Assembly: GCA_902560065.1 (NCBI GenBank)
Contig: CACEKG010000001.1
Location: forward strand, 70,308 to 134,307
Direction of reading: 5' to 3'
Source: an uncultured Bacteroidota bacterium
GTDB taxonomy: Bacteria > Bacteroidota > Bacteroidia > Flavobacteriales > Flavobacteriaceae
Length of the DNA stretch: 64,000 nucleotides
In this document: one piece after another, positions 1 to 9,112 of the stretch
Layout: each line of letters begins with the position of its first letter
Position numbering within the stretch: the first letter of the stretch is position 1
The notes under the pieces: generated by a model
Told to the model about the DNA's origin: nothing
Seen by the model: only the letters and a program-made list of their open reading frames with translations
Databases searched by the model: none
Made by a program: the position numbers and the translations under genes

Positions 1-91
1 AAAAGAAAAGTAACATAAAAACAATATCTGGCAATGAAGCTGTAGAAATTGCAGGTAAATCTCCTCCTTTTTTCTTTTTAAACTTAGACAT
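1..91 (-). CDS. ExbD/TolR-family biopolymer transport protein, N-terminal part only (gene runs off the left edge)
   Basis: The minus-strand ATG at 91-89 translates to MSKFKKKKGGDLPAISTASLPDIVFMLLFF, a typical ExbD N-terminus with membrane anchor. It sits immediately downstream of another ExbD gene. Confidence 0.6.
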   Translation of the reverse strand, partial: MSKFKKKKGGDLPAISTASLPDIVFMLLFF

Positions 92-100
92 ATTTATAAT

Positions 101-724
101 TTAACTTGTTTTACTAGGTTCTGCTTCGGATAATTTCATTGGAAACATTCCCTTAACTATCGAAAGTTTGGGTTTTAAATCTAATTTTCTATCAATCGAT
201 GTTCTAGGATCATCATAAATTTTTTGAGCTTCAATAAAATTCATTTGCATGCTTGGATACAATCTACTAAACTCTCTATTTCTTAATTCATTGTAAGCAG
301 CAACTAACTCATTTTGAACAGATATATATACTTTATAAGCAGTTTCACGATCATTCTTTAAAGAAATTATTGCTTTTTCAGGATTATCTGATGAAGAGGG
401 GCTTCTCTTGCCTCGACAAAAATCACAAGCATCTTCTCCTTTCCCTCCTCCATTATCCAGAAAATCCATAGCTACAGATCTTAGATCTTTCAACTCAACT
501 AATTCCTCTTCTACCAAAAGCTGATTGTTTTTATTTATCACGACAGGTAAAATATTTTTTTCTTTAATTATTGGAGGATCAACTACATCTTCAATTGGAG
601 GAAGCTTTCTGTTTAATCCACTATCAGTTTCTATTGTAGTCGTTACTAAAAAAAAGATTAGTAATAAAAAAGCTATATCGGCCATTGAACCAGCATTAAC
701 TTCAGGTGCAGATCTTCTAGCCAT
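101..724 (-). CDS. ExbD/TolR-family biopolymer transport protein
   Basis: 207-aa ORF. The N-terminus MARRSAPEVNAGSMADIAFLLLIFFLVTTT has the ExbD-type anchor. It lies in an ExbB - small membrane protein - ExbD - ExbD arrangement. Confidence 0.8.
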   Translation of the reverse strand: MARRSAPEVNAGSMADIAFLLLIFFLVTTTIETDSGLNRKLPPIEDVVDPPIIKEKNILPVVINKNNQLLVEEELVELKDLRSVAMDFLDNGGGKGEDACDFCRGKRSPSSSDNPEKAIISLKNDRETAYKVYISVQNELVAAYNELRNREFSRLYPSMQMNFIEAQKIYDDPRTSIDRKLDLKPKLSIVKGMFPMKLSEAEPSKTS

Positions 725-727
725 ATT

Positions 728-1177
728 TTACTTTTTTATAATATTTCTTGCTCCAAAAGCTATCATTGATAAAACTGCAACTGATGCTAGAATATAAAAA
801 ACTCTAATACCAGTACCAACCCATTTTGATCCAGATGCTGATAAAACTTGTCCATCTTTCATTGGTGTTTCAACACCTGAGGATGAAGCATAAGCAATTC
901 CTATAACAATTATCAAAAAACCAATAAAAATCATGGATTTTTTTAGTTTACCTGGATTGCTAGCAAGATTAATCAAAGAAAAAATAATTGTTACTGCTAC
1001 AGTTATAAAAAGAATAAACATTGATAGAGAAATAAGTGGTGAAATTAAACTGAAATCTCCCATAGAAGCAGCCATCTTTATATCATCATCACCAGTGGCT
1101 AAAATTCTAAATAGAAAAATAACCCCTAATAAACCTAATACTGCACAAACAATTTTAATAATATTTTCTAACTTCAT
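728..1177 (-). CDS. Small multi-pass membrane protein of unknown function, between ExbB and ExbD
   Basis: 149-aa ORF with four hydrophobic segments. Tightly packed with its neighbours (3-nt and 9-nt gaps). Confidence 0.6.
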   Translation of the reverse strand: MKLENIIKIVCAVLGLLGVIFLFRILATGDDDIKMAASMGDFSLISPLISLSMFILFITVAVTIIFSLINLASNPGKLKKSMIFIGFLIIVIGIAYASSSGVETPMKDGQVLSASGSKWVGTGIRVFYILASVAVLSMIAFGARNIIKK

Positions 1178-1186
1178 TTTTATAAA

Positions 1187-1972
1187 TTATTTTTTATGAG
1201 CAACAAGAATATCTACTAATGTTATAGATGCATCCTCCATATCATTAACAATACTGTCAATTTTTGCTACAATATAATTATAAAATACTTGCAAGATTAT
1301 AGCCACAATTAGTCCAAAAACTGTTGTTAAAAGAGCAATTTTAATACCTCCCGCAACTAATGATGGTTGCATATCTCCAGCAGCCTCGATTTTATCAAAA
1401 GCATTAATCATTCCTATTACGGTCCCCATAAATCCAAGCATTGGAGCTAATGCAATAAAAAGTGAAATCCAAGAAACATTTTTTTCTAACTGACCCATTT
1501 GAACACCTCCGTAGGCAATTACAGCTTTTTCAGCACTTTCTACACCCTCATTAGCTCTATCTAATCCTTGATAAAAAATAGATGCTACAGGACCTTTAGT
1601 ATTTCTACAAAGTTCTTTAGCAGCATCAACTCCACCTGAAGAAAGAGCTTCTTGAACACCATCAGTTAATTTTTTAGTGTTGGTAGTGGAAAGATTTAAA
1701 AATATAATTCTTTCAATTGAAATTGCTAAACCAAGAATAAGACAAATTAAAACAATTCCCATAAATCCTGGCCCACCCTCTATAAATCTTTTCTTTGCTT
1801 CCTGAGTAAATCCAATGGGCTCCTGAGCAGAATCATCTTGATCACCACCCTCATCCATTTCTTGAGTTATTATTTCATTTTCAATGACTTCTGAGTCAAT
1901 TGTTGTTAATGTGTTTGCTGAGACACTAGTCATAAGTCCAAAAAGGGCTAAGACAAGGAATAATTTTTTCAT
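1187..1972 (-). CDS. MotA/TolQ/ExbB proton-channel family protein
   Basis: 261-aa ORF with a signal peptide plus three TM segments. The C-terminal region APMLGFMGTVIGMINAF is typical of ExbB/TolQ. ExbD genes lie downstream. Confidence 0.85.
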   Translation of the reverse strand: MKKLFLVLALFGLMTSVSANTLTTIDSEVIENEIITQEMDEGGDQDDSAQEPIGFTQEAKKRFIEGGPGFMGIVLICLILGLAISIERIIFLNLSTTNTKKLTDGVQEALSSGGVDAAKELCRNTKGPVASIFYQGLDRANEGVESAEKAVIAYGGVQMGQLEKNVSWISLFIALAPMLGFMGTVIGMINAFDKIEAAGDMQPSLVAGGIKIALLTTVFGLIVAIILQVFYNYIVAKIDSIVNDMEDASITLVDILVAHKK

Positions 1973-2095
1973 TTTTTAATGTTTAAGTTCTTAAATTTTC
2001 GACGTTAAATATAAAAAAAAATAAATTAGATGCAACAATATAATTTAAGATCTAAAGATATTTATGAACTTAAATAAAATAAAAAGAATTTAGCT

Positions 2096-2308
2096 TTAAA
2101 GAAGTTTAAATAAATCCTCAACTTTACAATCTAGAGTATTTGCAATTTTAAGAGCTAAAACCGTTGATGGAATATATATACCATTTTCAATAGCATTAAT
2201 ACTCTTTCTAGAAACTTCTGCAGCAATTGATAATTCCTGCTGAGTTAAACCTTTAGATTTTCTAAATTCTTCTAAGTTATTTAGAAGCTTTTTATGATTT
2301 CTTCCCAA
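2096..2308 (-). CDS. Short XRE-family helix-turn-helix transcriptional regulator
   Basis: 70-aa ORF. GLTQQELSIAAEVSRKSINAIENG is a classic HTH_3 motif. Confidence 0.85.
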   Translation of the reverse strand: MGRNHKKLLNNLEEFRKSKGLTQQELSIAAEVSRKSINAIENGIYIPSTVLALKIANTLDCKVEDLFKLL

Positions 2309-2310
2309 TT

Positions 2311-2712
2311 TTACTTCTTTTCAAACTCTTCAACAGCATCAGTTAATTCTTTACCTGTATTTGGGTATAGGTATCCAGCAATCATAGTTCCAATACCAAT
2401 TAAACCAACTAAAGCTCCAAGACCTTCTAGTACTTTTCCTAATGCTAAAAAACCAAGCATGTATAAACCTATACCAACAAAGATTGTAATTACTCCTCCC
2501 CTACGATAATCTATGGGTTCTTTTTTTCTCTCATCAAAAATTTTTAATAACTCTTCCAATTTGGCAGGTTCATCCAAGTGTTTAGATATTTCTAGTATAG
2601 TCTCTCTTTTTCCTTTTGCATCTTTATACAGCCAAATAAATACCGCTAATGGTATAATGATTCCAGTTAATATTCCAAAAATCGGTATTAAAAGTGCAGT
2701 TTGATATTCCAT
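2311..2712 (-). CDS. Small membrane protein co-transcribed with the XRE regulator (function unknown)
   Basis: The ORF track extends to 2751. I prefer the internal ATG at 2712 (MEYQTALLIPIFG...), which starts directly at the first TM helix. There is a 2-nt gap to the XRE gene. The start is uncertain. Confidence 0.6.
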   Translation of the reverse strand: MEYQTALLIPIFGILTGIIIPLAVFIWLYKDAKGKRETILEISKHLDEPAKLEELLKIFDERKKEPIDYRRGGVITIFVGIGLYMLGFLALGKVLEGLGALVGLIGIGTMIAGYLYPNTGKELTDAVEEFEKK

Positions 2713-2731
2713 AGTTTTATATTTTTTGTTA

Positions 2732-2779
2732 ATGTAACGCAAACTTAACATTTTTTTATATGAGAAGCAAACGTTACAT
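2732..2779. promoter_or_regulatory. Candidate operator: 8-bp inverted repeat ATGTAACG / CGTTACAT in the divergent promoter region
   Basis: Perfect arms at 2732-2739 and 2772-2779, separated by 32 bp, upstream of the membrane-protein/XRE operon. GCAAAC occurs next to each arm. Confidence 0.3.
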
Positions 2780-2848
2780 AATTTTTTTAATAATTAATTT
2801 TCTTAATCTATATTGAAAGAAATTTTATAAATTTTTAGAAAATTAGAA

Positions 2849-3322
2849 ATGATAACAGAAAAGCAAATAATCGAAGTGCAAAAATTATGGGGAGAGGGAA
2901 TAATTAAAATTGGATCCCTAAAAGATAATCGTAGCGAATGTGAAAATTATACAAACAAGTTTATTGATGAACTTTATGCATTTAATTCTGGTGAAGTTTT
3001 ATTTAAACCCACCAAATGTCAAACTGAACAGTTTAGACAAACTAAACCAAAAGCTATATCATATTTCATTTCTGGAAAGAACAGAGCTTGTATAGAGGAT
3101 AAAGGTTTTGCTTTAAAACCATGGGCTAATGTAAGATTTGAAAATGCTGGACTTATACTTGAAAAAAGTCGCGCCTTTTGTATGGGTAACTATTTTTTTA
3201 CTGACACAAAAGGAAATGAAATAAAAGTAGAATTTACTTTTGGTTACATATTGATAGGAGAAAAACTAAAAATTGATCTTCACCACTCTTCTTTTCCATA
3301 TTCAAATTCAAATAATTATTAA
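2849..3322 (+). CDS. Conserved-looking hypothetical protein (157 aa), function unknown
   Basis: Clean ORF with non-repetitive composition. I cannot place it securely in a family. Confidence 0.5.
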   Translation: MITEKQIIEVQKLWGEGIIKIGSLKDNRSECENYTNKFIDELYAFNSGEVLFKPTKCQTEQFRQTKPKAISYFISGKNRACIEDKGFALKPWANVRFENAGLILEKSRAFCMGNYFFTDTKGNEIKVEFTFGYILIGEKLKIDLHHSSFPYSNSNNY

Positions 3323-3363
3323 AAAATTATTTTAATTATTTACTTTTTTATTTAGATATTAAA

Positions 3364-4077
3364 TTATTCAAGAACAACATTTCTTATAGAAGGATTGAAT
3401 GGACTATCAACAAGCTCTCCCTTAGAGTTTAATAATTCTAATTTTATTGATACATTTCCTTTTTTTAATCCCTCTATGTAATAAGGAGCCCACTCATCAA
3501 TAATAAATTCAGTATCCTGTATTGTTGCTCTTACTTTATTCCCACTAGGAGAAATAGAGGTATTAACTAAATAAAAATCTAAGAGTAGCTTCTTTGTATC
3601 TTTTCCTTTATAAACACCTTTTGGTCTACTGTAAAAAAGAAATGGACTAGTTAAATCAATTTTATCTCCATCACCAACTTGAGTTAAAACATAAGCATTA
3701 GGGTTCTTAACAGACTCATGATAAGATCTTGATAAAAAAGCTAAAATAACATTGTTACTTTTATCCAATTTTTTTTTGAAATTATCTGAATAATGAGCAG
3801 AATAAGGGCCATTATTTACAATAAAATGAATATGCTGACCTTTACTTGAATTTGCAAGTTCATTCTCTTTTGCATTTAATGTTTGAGTGCCAAGTTCATA
3901 TTGATCAATTTCAAATGAAAATGAATATTCATCTTCGTTATTAGTTGAATTTTGAATTTCAAGCTTAGCATTTTCATATTCTGGAGAACCTTCAAGCTTA
4001 TTAATAGATATTTTATTTGATTGTGAACAACCAAATAAAAGAATAGTTACGAATAAAAAGAATAATTTATTTTTCAT
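3364..4077 (-). CDS. Hypothetical lipoprotein (237 aa)
   Basis: Signal peptide with lipobox (LLFGCSQ). No recognisable catalytic motif. Confidence 0.6.
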   Translation of the reverse strand: MKNKLFFLFVTILLFGCSQSNKISINKLEGSPEYENAKLEIQNSTNNEDEYSFSFEIDQYELGTQTLNAKENELANSSKGQHIHFIVNNGPYSAHYSDNFKKKLDKSNNVILAFLSRSYHESVKNPNAYVLTQVGDGDKIDLTSPFLFYSRPKGVYKGKDTKKLLLDFYLVNTSISPSGNKVRATIQDTEFIIDEWAPYYIEGLKKGNVSIKLELLNSKGELVDSPFNPSIRNVVLE

Positions 4078-4122
4078 GATGTAAATCTATAAATTTTAGC
4101 CATAATCTCATATTATAAAATA

Positions 4123-6597
4123 TTAATTTCCATCACAACCTGGTTTAGCATCTATATCTGACTCCAAACGAACATCACTCAAACCTATATCAACTCCCTT
4201 TTGTCCTTTTATTAATAATGCAGAAGTAACTTTGGTCATGTCTACTCCTAATTTTTCAAAACAACTTAAGCTAATTCGATACTCTCTCCAGTCTCCACTT
4301 ATTTTAATCTCTATTGTATTATCACAATTTATACTATTATCACATTGACCAATCTTTACTATAGCATCAGAGTTATTAAATGATTTAGCGTTAAATGTTA
4401 ATTCCATAGCACCATTAGACTGTCGCGACATGTCATTTGAATTAGAGGATGAGATTCTAAAATAATCTCCATCTGATCTAGTCCAATTAATTCGTAGTGC
4501 ATCTTCTTGAGCCATATGATCCGTTTTGCTAAAAATCAACCCTCCAAAAGATGTTGGAAAACTTGCAATTTGCTTTGATAAATCATCAGAAATTAACCAT
4601 AGTCCCCATGGAGGAACTGCTGCTCCTTTGCTAAAAAATTGACCTGTTGAAGCTACATTATTATTTTCTAGTCCAGATTTTTCTGACAATAAATTTATGT
4701 TTTCACTCCTATCATAGCTAAGTCCATAACCAAGCTTAAATAGTGGTTCATCATTTTCTATAACTAAAGCACTAGCAGGCCATGAAAAAGATAATCTTCC
4801 AACAAAATCATAAGAAGGATCTCTTTGAAATAAAAGATCTGAAATACCACCTCCTTCACTTCCTGGTAACCATGCAGCAACAAAGGCATCGGAATTATTA
4901 ATTTCTGGATTAGTCCACATAGGACGTCCAGATAAGAAGACAGACACTACAGGAATTCCTTTGTTTTTATATATCCCCAATTTGTTAACATCAAATCCAT
5001 TAGAAACAAAATCTAAATTTTCCCTATCACCTTGAAATTCTGCATATGGATCTTCTCCATATACTGCAATCACAACATCAGCTTTTATTGAAGTATCCCC
5101 TTTTGGAGAATAGATTAATTTACCACCTCCTTGATTTACAGCTTCCTTAATTCCTTCTAGTATAGATGCTCCATTAGGGAATTCATCATTAGTATGACCA
5201 GTTCCTTGCCAAGAAAGAGTCCATCCACCACTAGCTTTTGAAATACTTTCAGCTCCATCTCCAACAACCAATATTGTTTTAGAATTATCAATTGGCAAAA
5301 CTTGATTATTGTTTTTAAGTAAAACCATAGATTCTCTTACTGCTTGTCTTGCAATTTCTCTATTTTTTGGTAAAGCCAATAAACTTTCGTTACCAGCATT
5401 TAGTCTGGTACTTGGTGCGCCTTTTTCAAAAATGCCAGATATAAGCTTTACTCTAAGAATACGACGAACAGCATCATTTAAACGTTCCATAGAAATCGTG
5501 CCATCTTTTACTTGCTTTAAAGTGTTTTTATATAAACCTTTCCAACTATCTGGCGCCATATACATATCCAATCCAGCATTTAAAGATTGTGCACAATCCG
5601 TATTGATGCATCCTGGTACTTGGCCATGTCCATTCCAATCTCCAACTACGAATCCATTAAAACCCATTTTTCCTTTCAATACGTTAGTTAACAATTCTTT
5701 ATCACCATGTAGTTTTCTACCTTGCCAACTAGAAAATGAAGCCATAACTGTTTGTACACCAGCAGGAATTGCACTATAATATCCAGCAGCATGAATTTTA
5801 CTTAATGCTTCTTCATTTATCAGAGCATCACCTTGATCTACTCCATTTTGAGTTGCGCCATCAGCTAAGAAATGTTTAGCACTAGATATGACTTTTCCCT
5901 TTCCCATAAAATCATCAGAATCAAATTGACCTTGTAAACCAACAACAATTCTATCTCCATAAGAATTAACAATATCAGGGTTTTCAGAAAAACCTTCATA
6001 AGTCCTTCCCCATCTCAAATCTTGTGGTACTGCAAGTGTAGGTGCGAAAGTCCAATCATGTCCAGATATGGTTAATTCATGAGCAGTTATTTTTGCAATT
6101 TTTTCAATTAAATCAGGATTATTCATTGCACCTAAACCAACATTATGAGGAAAAATTATAGCTCCCTTCAAATTCGCATGACCATGTACAGCATCAATTC
6201 CCCATATCATAGGAATTGCTATTTCAACTCCCTCACTATCAATTGAAGCATTGTAATATTTATCTGCCATTTCGAGCCATGCTTTTGCTTCAGCATATGG
6301 TAATGGACCAGGAGCAGAATTACCTCCACTCAAGACAGACCCTAATCGATACTCTCTAACTTCATCTGGAGTTACTGATCCACTATCGGCCTGAATTACC
6401 TGTCCAACTTTTTGTTCTAAAGTAAGTTTAGGAAGTATTTCATCAATTTTAGCTTCAATAACAGGGTCTAATGGCAATGGCGCCAAAGAAGCCCATGAAT
6501 CGGAGTTTGTTTTTTTTAATTGATTACAACTAAAAAAAAGTATAGATAAAACAATTAATGAGACTGTAAGATAATTAAAAGATTTCCTGTTTTGCAT
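4123..6597 (-). CDS. Glycoside hydrolase family 3 beta-glucosidase / exo-beta-glucanase with an extra C-terminal beta-sandwich-like domain
   Basis: 824-aa lipoprotein (FFSCNQ). GH3 motifs GIDAVHG, KHFLADG and GFVVGDWNG (nucleophile Asp region). Confidence 0.9.
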   Translation of the reverse strand: MQNRKSFNYLTVSLIVLSILFFSCNQLKKTNSDSWASLAPLPLDPVIEAKIDEILPKLTLEQKVGQVIQADSGSVTPDEVREYRLGSVLSGGNSAPGPLPYAEAKAWLEMADKYYNASIDSEGVEIAIPMIWGIDAVHGHANLKGAIIFPHNVGLGAMNNPDLIEKIAKITAHELTISGHDWTFAPTLAVPQDLRWGRTYEGFSENPDIVNSYGDRIVVGLQGQFDSDDFMGKGKVISSAKHFLADGATQNGVDQGDALINEEALSKIHAAGYYSAIPAGVQTVMASFSSWQGRKLHGDKELLTNVLKGKMGFNGFVVGDWNGHGQVPGCINTDCAQSLNAGLDMYMAPDSWKGLYKNTLKQVKDGTISMERLNDAVRRILRVKLISGIFEKGAPSTRLNAGNESLLALPKNREIARQAVRESMVLLKNNNQVLPIDNSKTILVVGDGAESISKASGGWTLSWQGTGHTNDEFPNGASILEGIKEAVNQGGGKLIYSPKGDTSIKADVVIAVYGEDPYAEFQGDRENLDFVSNGFDVNKLGIYKNKGIPVVSVFLSGRPMWTNPEINNSDAFVAAWLPGSEGGGISDLLFQRDPSYDFVGRLSFSWPASALVIENDEPLFKLGYGLSYDRSENINLLSEKSGLENNNVASTGQFFSKGAAVPPWGLWLISDDLSKQIASFPTSFGGLIFSKTDHMAQEDALRINWTRSDGDYFRISSSNSNDMSRQSNGAMELTFNAKSFNNSDAIVKIGQCDNSINCDNTIEIKISGDWREYRISLSCFEKLGVDMTKVTSALLIKGQKGVDIGLSDVRLESDIDAKPGCDGN

Positions 6598-6734
6598 TTT
6601 GTTTTTTTTATATAATTTAGATTTAATTTTTTGCAGAGGCTAAAGATAATAAGAAGAAATTATAAAAAGTGGATTTATAATAAATGGTTAAAATTTAATG
6701 GTCTTTCATATCTACCATATTAATTAAAATTTTG

Positions 6735-7655
6735 ATGAAAACTTATCTAAAAAAATTTTTGATTTTTTTGACCCTTGGAATTTTATTTCTCTTAATTTTT
6801 AGCATTTCTCCGGACAAAAGTTTTGAAGAATTAGCTCCCAAATACGCTGCCTCACCCTCTTCATTTATAGAGGTAAAAGGAATAAAAATACATTATCGTG
6901 ATCAAGGTCAAGGATATCCTATAGTTTTGATTCATGGTACAGGTGCATCACTTCATACTTGGGATGCATGGACCGAGGAATTAATTAAAACTTATAGAGT
7001 AATACGCCTAGATCTTCCAGCTTATGGTTTAACTGGAAAAGATCAACAAAAACGTTATTCCTCTTTAGATTATGTAAATTTTTTAGATGCCTTTTTAGAC
7101 AAACTTGGTATAGAAAAGTTTCATCTGGGAGGAAACTCATTGGGAGGATTGGTCTCATGGCTATACGCTTCTTATCATGATCAAAAAGTAAACAAGCTTT
7201 TATTGCTAAATCCAAGTGGCTTTCCTTTTGATTCTACTCCGATGGTTATCAAATTAGCTAAAACCCCTATTCTAAACATTTTTATTCGTTATATAACACC
7301 AAAAAGTTTTGTGAGAAAGAACCTAAAAGAAGTTTATTATAATGATGATTTAATTTCTAATGAGACCATTGATCGTTATTATGATTTAACATTATTTGAA
7401 GGAAATCGAGAAGCATTTATAGATCGATCATTTATAGAACGTGAAAATTACACAGACCGTTTATCTTTAATTCAATCACCTGCCCTTGTGCTTTGGGGAG
7501 AGAATGACGAATGGATTCCAGTAGAAGATTCTAAAAAATTTAAAGCTCATTTAAATAATATCAAAATAGTTATTATGCCTAAAACAGGTCATATTCCAAT
7601 GGAAGAAAGGCCAAAAGAAAGTGTTGCTATAGCTCTAGATTTTCTTTCTAATTAA
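6735..7655 (+). CDS. Alpha/beta-fold hydrolase
   Basis: HGTGAS oxyanion region, GNSLGG nucleophile elbow and C-terminal GHIPMEE. The track starts at a TTG at 6732; the ATG at 6735 is more likely. Confidence 0.85.
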   Translation: MKTYLKKFLIFLTLGILFLLIFSISPDKSFEELAPKYAASPSSFIEVKGIKIHYRDQGQGYPIVLIHGTGASLHTWDAWTEELIKTYRVIRLDLPAYGLTGKDQQKRYSSLDYVNFLDAFLDKLGIEKFHLGGNSLGGLVSWLYASYHDQKVNKLLLLNPSGFPFDSTPMVIKLAKTPILNIFIRYITPKSFVRKNLKEVYYNDDLISNETIDRYYDLTLFEGNREAFIDRSFIERENYTDRLSLIQSPALVLWGENDEWIPVEDSKKFKAHLNNIKIVIMPKTGHIPMEERPKESVAIALDFLSN

Positions 7656-7749
7656 GATTAATTTACTTTAGAATACACATCCATATAAATAGAAAAAAAT
7701 TGTATAAAATGTTTTTTTTCAATATGTTGCCAAAAAATTCTTTTAGCTT

Positions 7750-8838
7750 ATGAACAATAAGAGACGTAAATTTATCAAGAAGACTGGAATTGTTGCCGCC
7801 TCTTCTGTTTTTGCACCTAATATTTTATTGTCAACCAAAAATCCAAAAAAAGAAAAATTAGGAGTTGCATTAGTGGGACTAGGGTACTACAGTACTTATT
7901 TACTTGCTCCAGCCCTTGAATTGACTAAAAATTGTGAATTGAAGGGAATAGTAACTGGTAGTCCAGAAAAAATTCCGATATGGCAGAAAAAATACAATAT
8001 AAAGGATAAAAACATATACAACTATCAAAATTATAATGAAATAGCAAATAATTCCGAAATTGATGTAATCTATGTGGTATTACCACCCTCAATGCATGCT
8101 GAATATACTATAAGAGCTGCAAATGCAGGAAAGCATGTTTGGTGCGAAAAGCCTATGGCTCCATCAGTTGCTCAGTGCGAAGCCATGATTAAAGCATGCA
8201 AGGATAATAATGTTAAACTTGCAATAGGATATAGATGTCAGCATGACCCAAATATTCAAGCTTATATGAAAGTAGGTAAAGAAAAACCTTTTGGTCAAAT
8301 TAAGATGATTACTTCAGCAGCGGGTTACTTTGACGGAAGAACCGATCATTGGAAACAAAAGAAGAAAATGGGTGGCGGTTCTATGGCAGACATGGGAGTT
8401 TATGCCCTACAAGGTGCAAGATTAGCTACTGGTGAAGAACCTATTTCTGTTTTGGCTAAATCATTTACAACTCGACCTAAAATATATCATGAAGTAGAAG
8501 AAACTGTAATGTTTCAGCTTGAGTTTCCCAGTGGTGCTCGTGCGGCTTGTCAAACAAGTTTTGGCATTCAAATGAATCACCTACACGTTAGTTATGAAAA
8601 AGGATGGCTCAAAATGCAACCTCATTCTTCATACAGTGGTAATAATGGTAGCATGTCTAATGGTACTATAATTAATTTCCCATTAGACAATCAACAGGCT
8701 AAACAAATGGATGACGATGCAGACTCCATTTTGAACAATAAAACTATGATCGTACCTGGTGAAGAAGGACTAAGAGATATTCGGGTCGTGGAGGCTGTTT
8801 ATAAATCTGCTGCACAAAACTGTATGGTTAAATTGTAA
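7750..8838 (+). CDS. Gfo/Idh/MocA-family oxidoreductase with twin-arginine signal
   Basis: N-terminal RRKFIKKTGIVAASS (Tat motif), Rossmann GVALVGLGYYS and the family EKP motif (VWCEKPMA). Confidence 0.85.
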   Translation: MNNKRRKFIKKTGIVAASSVFAPNILLSTKNPKKEKLGVALVGLGYYSTYLLAPALELTKNCELKGIVTGSPEKIPIWQKKYNIKDKNIYNYQNYNEIANNSEIDVIYVVLPPSMHAEYTIRAANAGKHVWCEKPMAPSVAQCEAMIKACKDNNVKLAIGYRCQHDPNIQAYMKVGKEKPFGQIKMITSAAGYFDGRTDHWKQKKKMGGGSMADMGVYALQGARLATGEEPISVLAKSFTTRPKIYHEVEETVMFQLEFPSGARAACQTSFGIQMNHLHVSYEKGWLKMQPHSSYSGNNGSMSNGTIINFPLDNQQAKQMDDDADSILNNKTMIVPGEEGLRDIRVVEAVYKSAAQNCMVKL

Positions 8839-8909
8839 GATTTATTTTCAAATTATTATAGTTTTAAACTTATTTGTAATAATTAAACTTTTCTTAAAAA
8901 TTTAAATAG

Positions 8910-9107
8910 ATGATTTGTATAAAAACTGATATTCCAAAAAAAATCTGTGAAATTGATGATGAATTAAAAGCAATTTATCATAGTAAAAATTCTGTTTGTA
9001 TTTGGCTTTTTAAAAGTAGACTTGACAGAAACAAATTTATGGATGAAACAATTGGAATGCAAAAAAAAGAAAGAGAAGGTTACTATCTTTTAAATTACAA
9101 ATTTTGA
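8910..9107 (+). CDS. Possible small hypothetical protein (65 aa)
   Basis: The only ORF in the 274-bp gap between convergent genes. No recognisable motif, so it may be non-coding. Confidence 0.25.
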   Translation: MICIKTDIPKKICEIDDELKAIYHSKNSVCIWLFKSRLDRNKFMDETIGMQKKEREGYYLLNYKF

Positions 9108-9112
9108 ATTAT

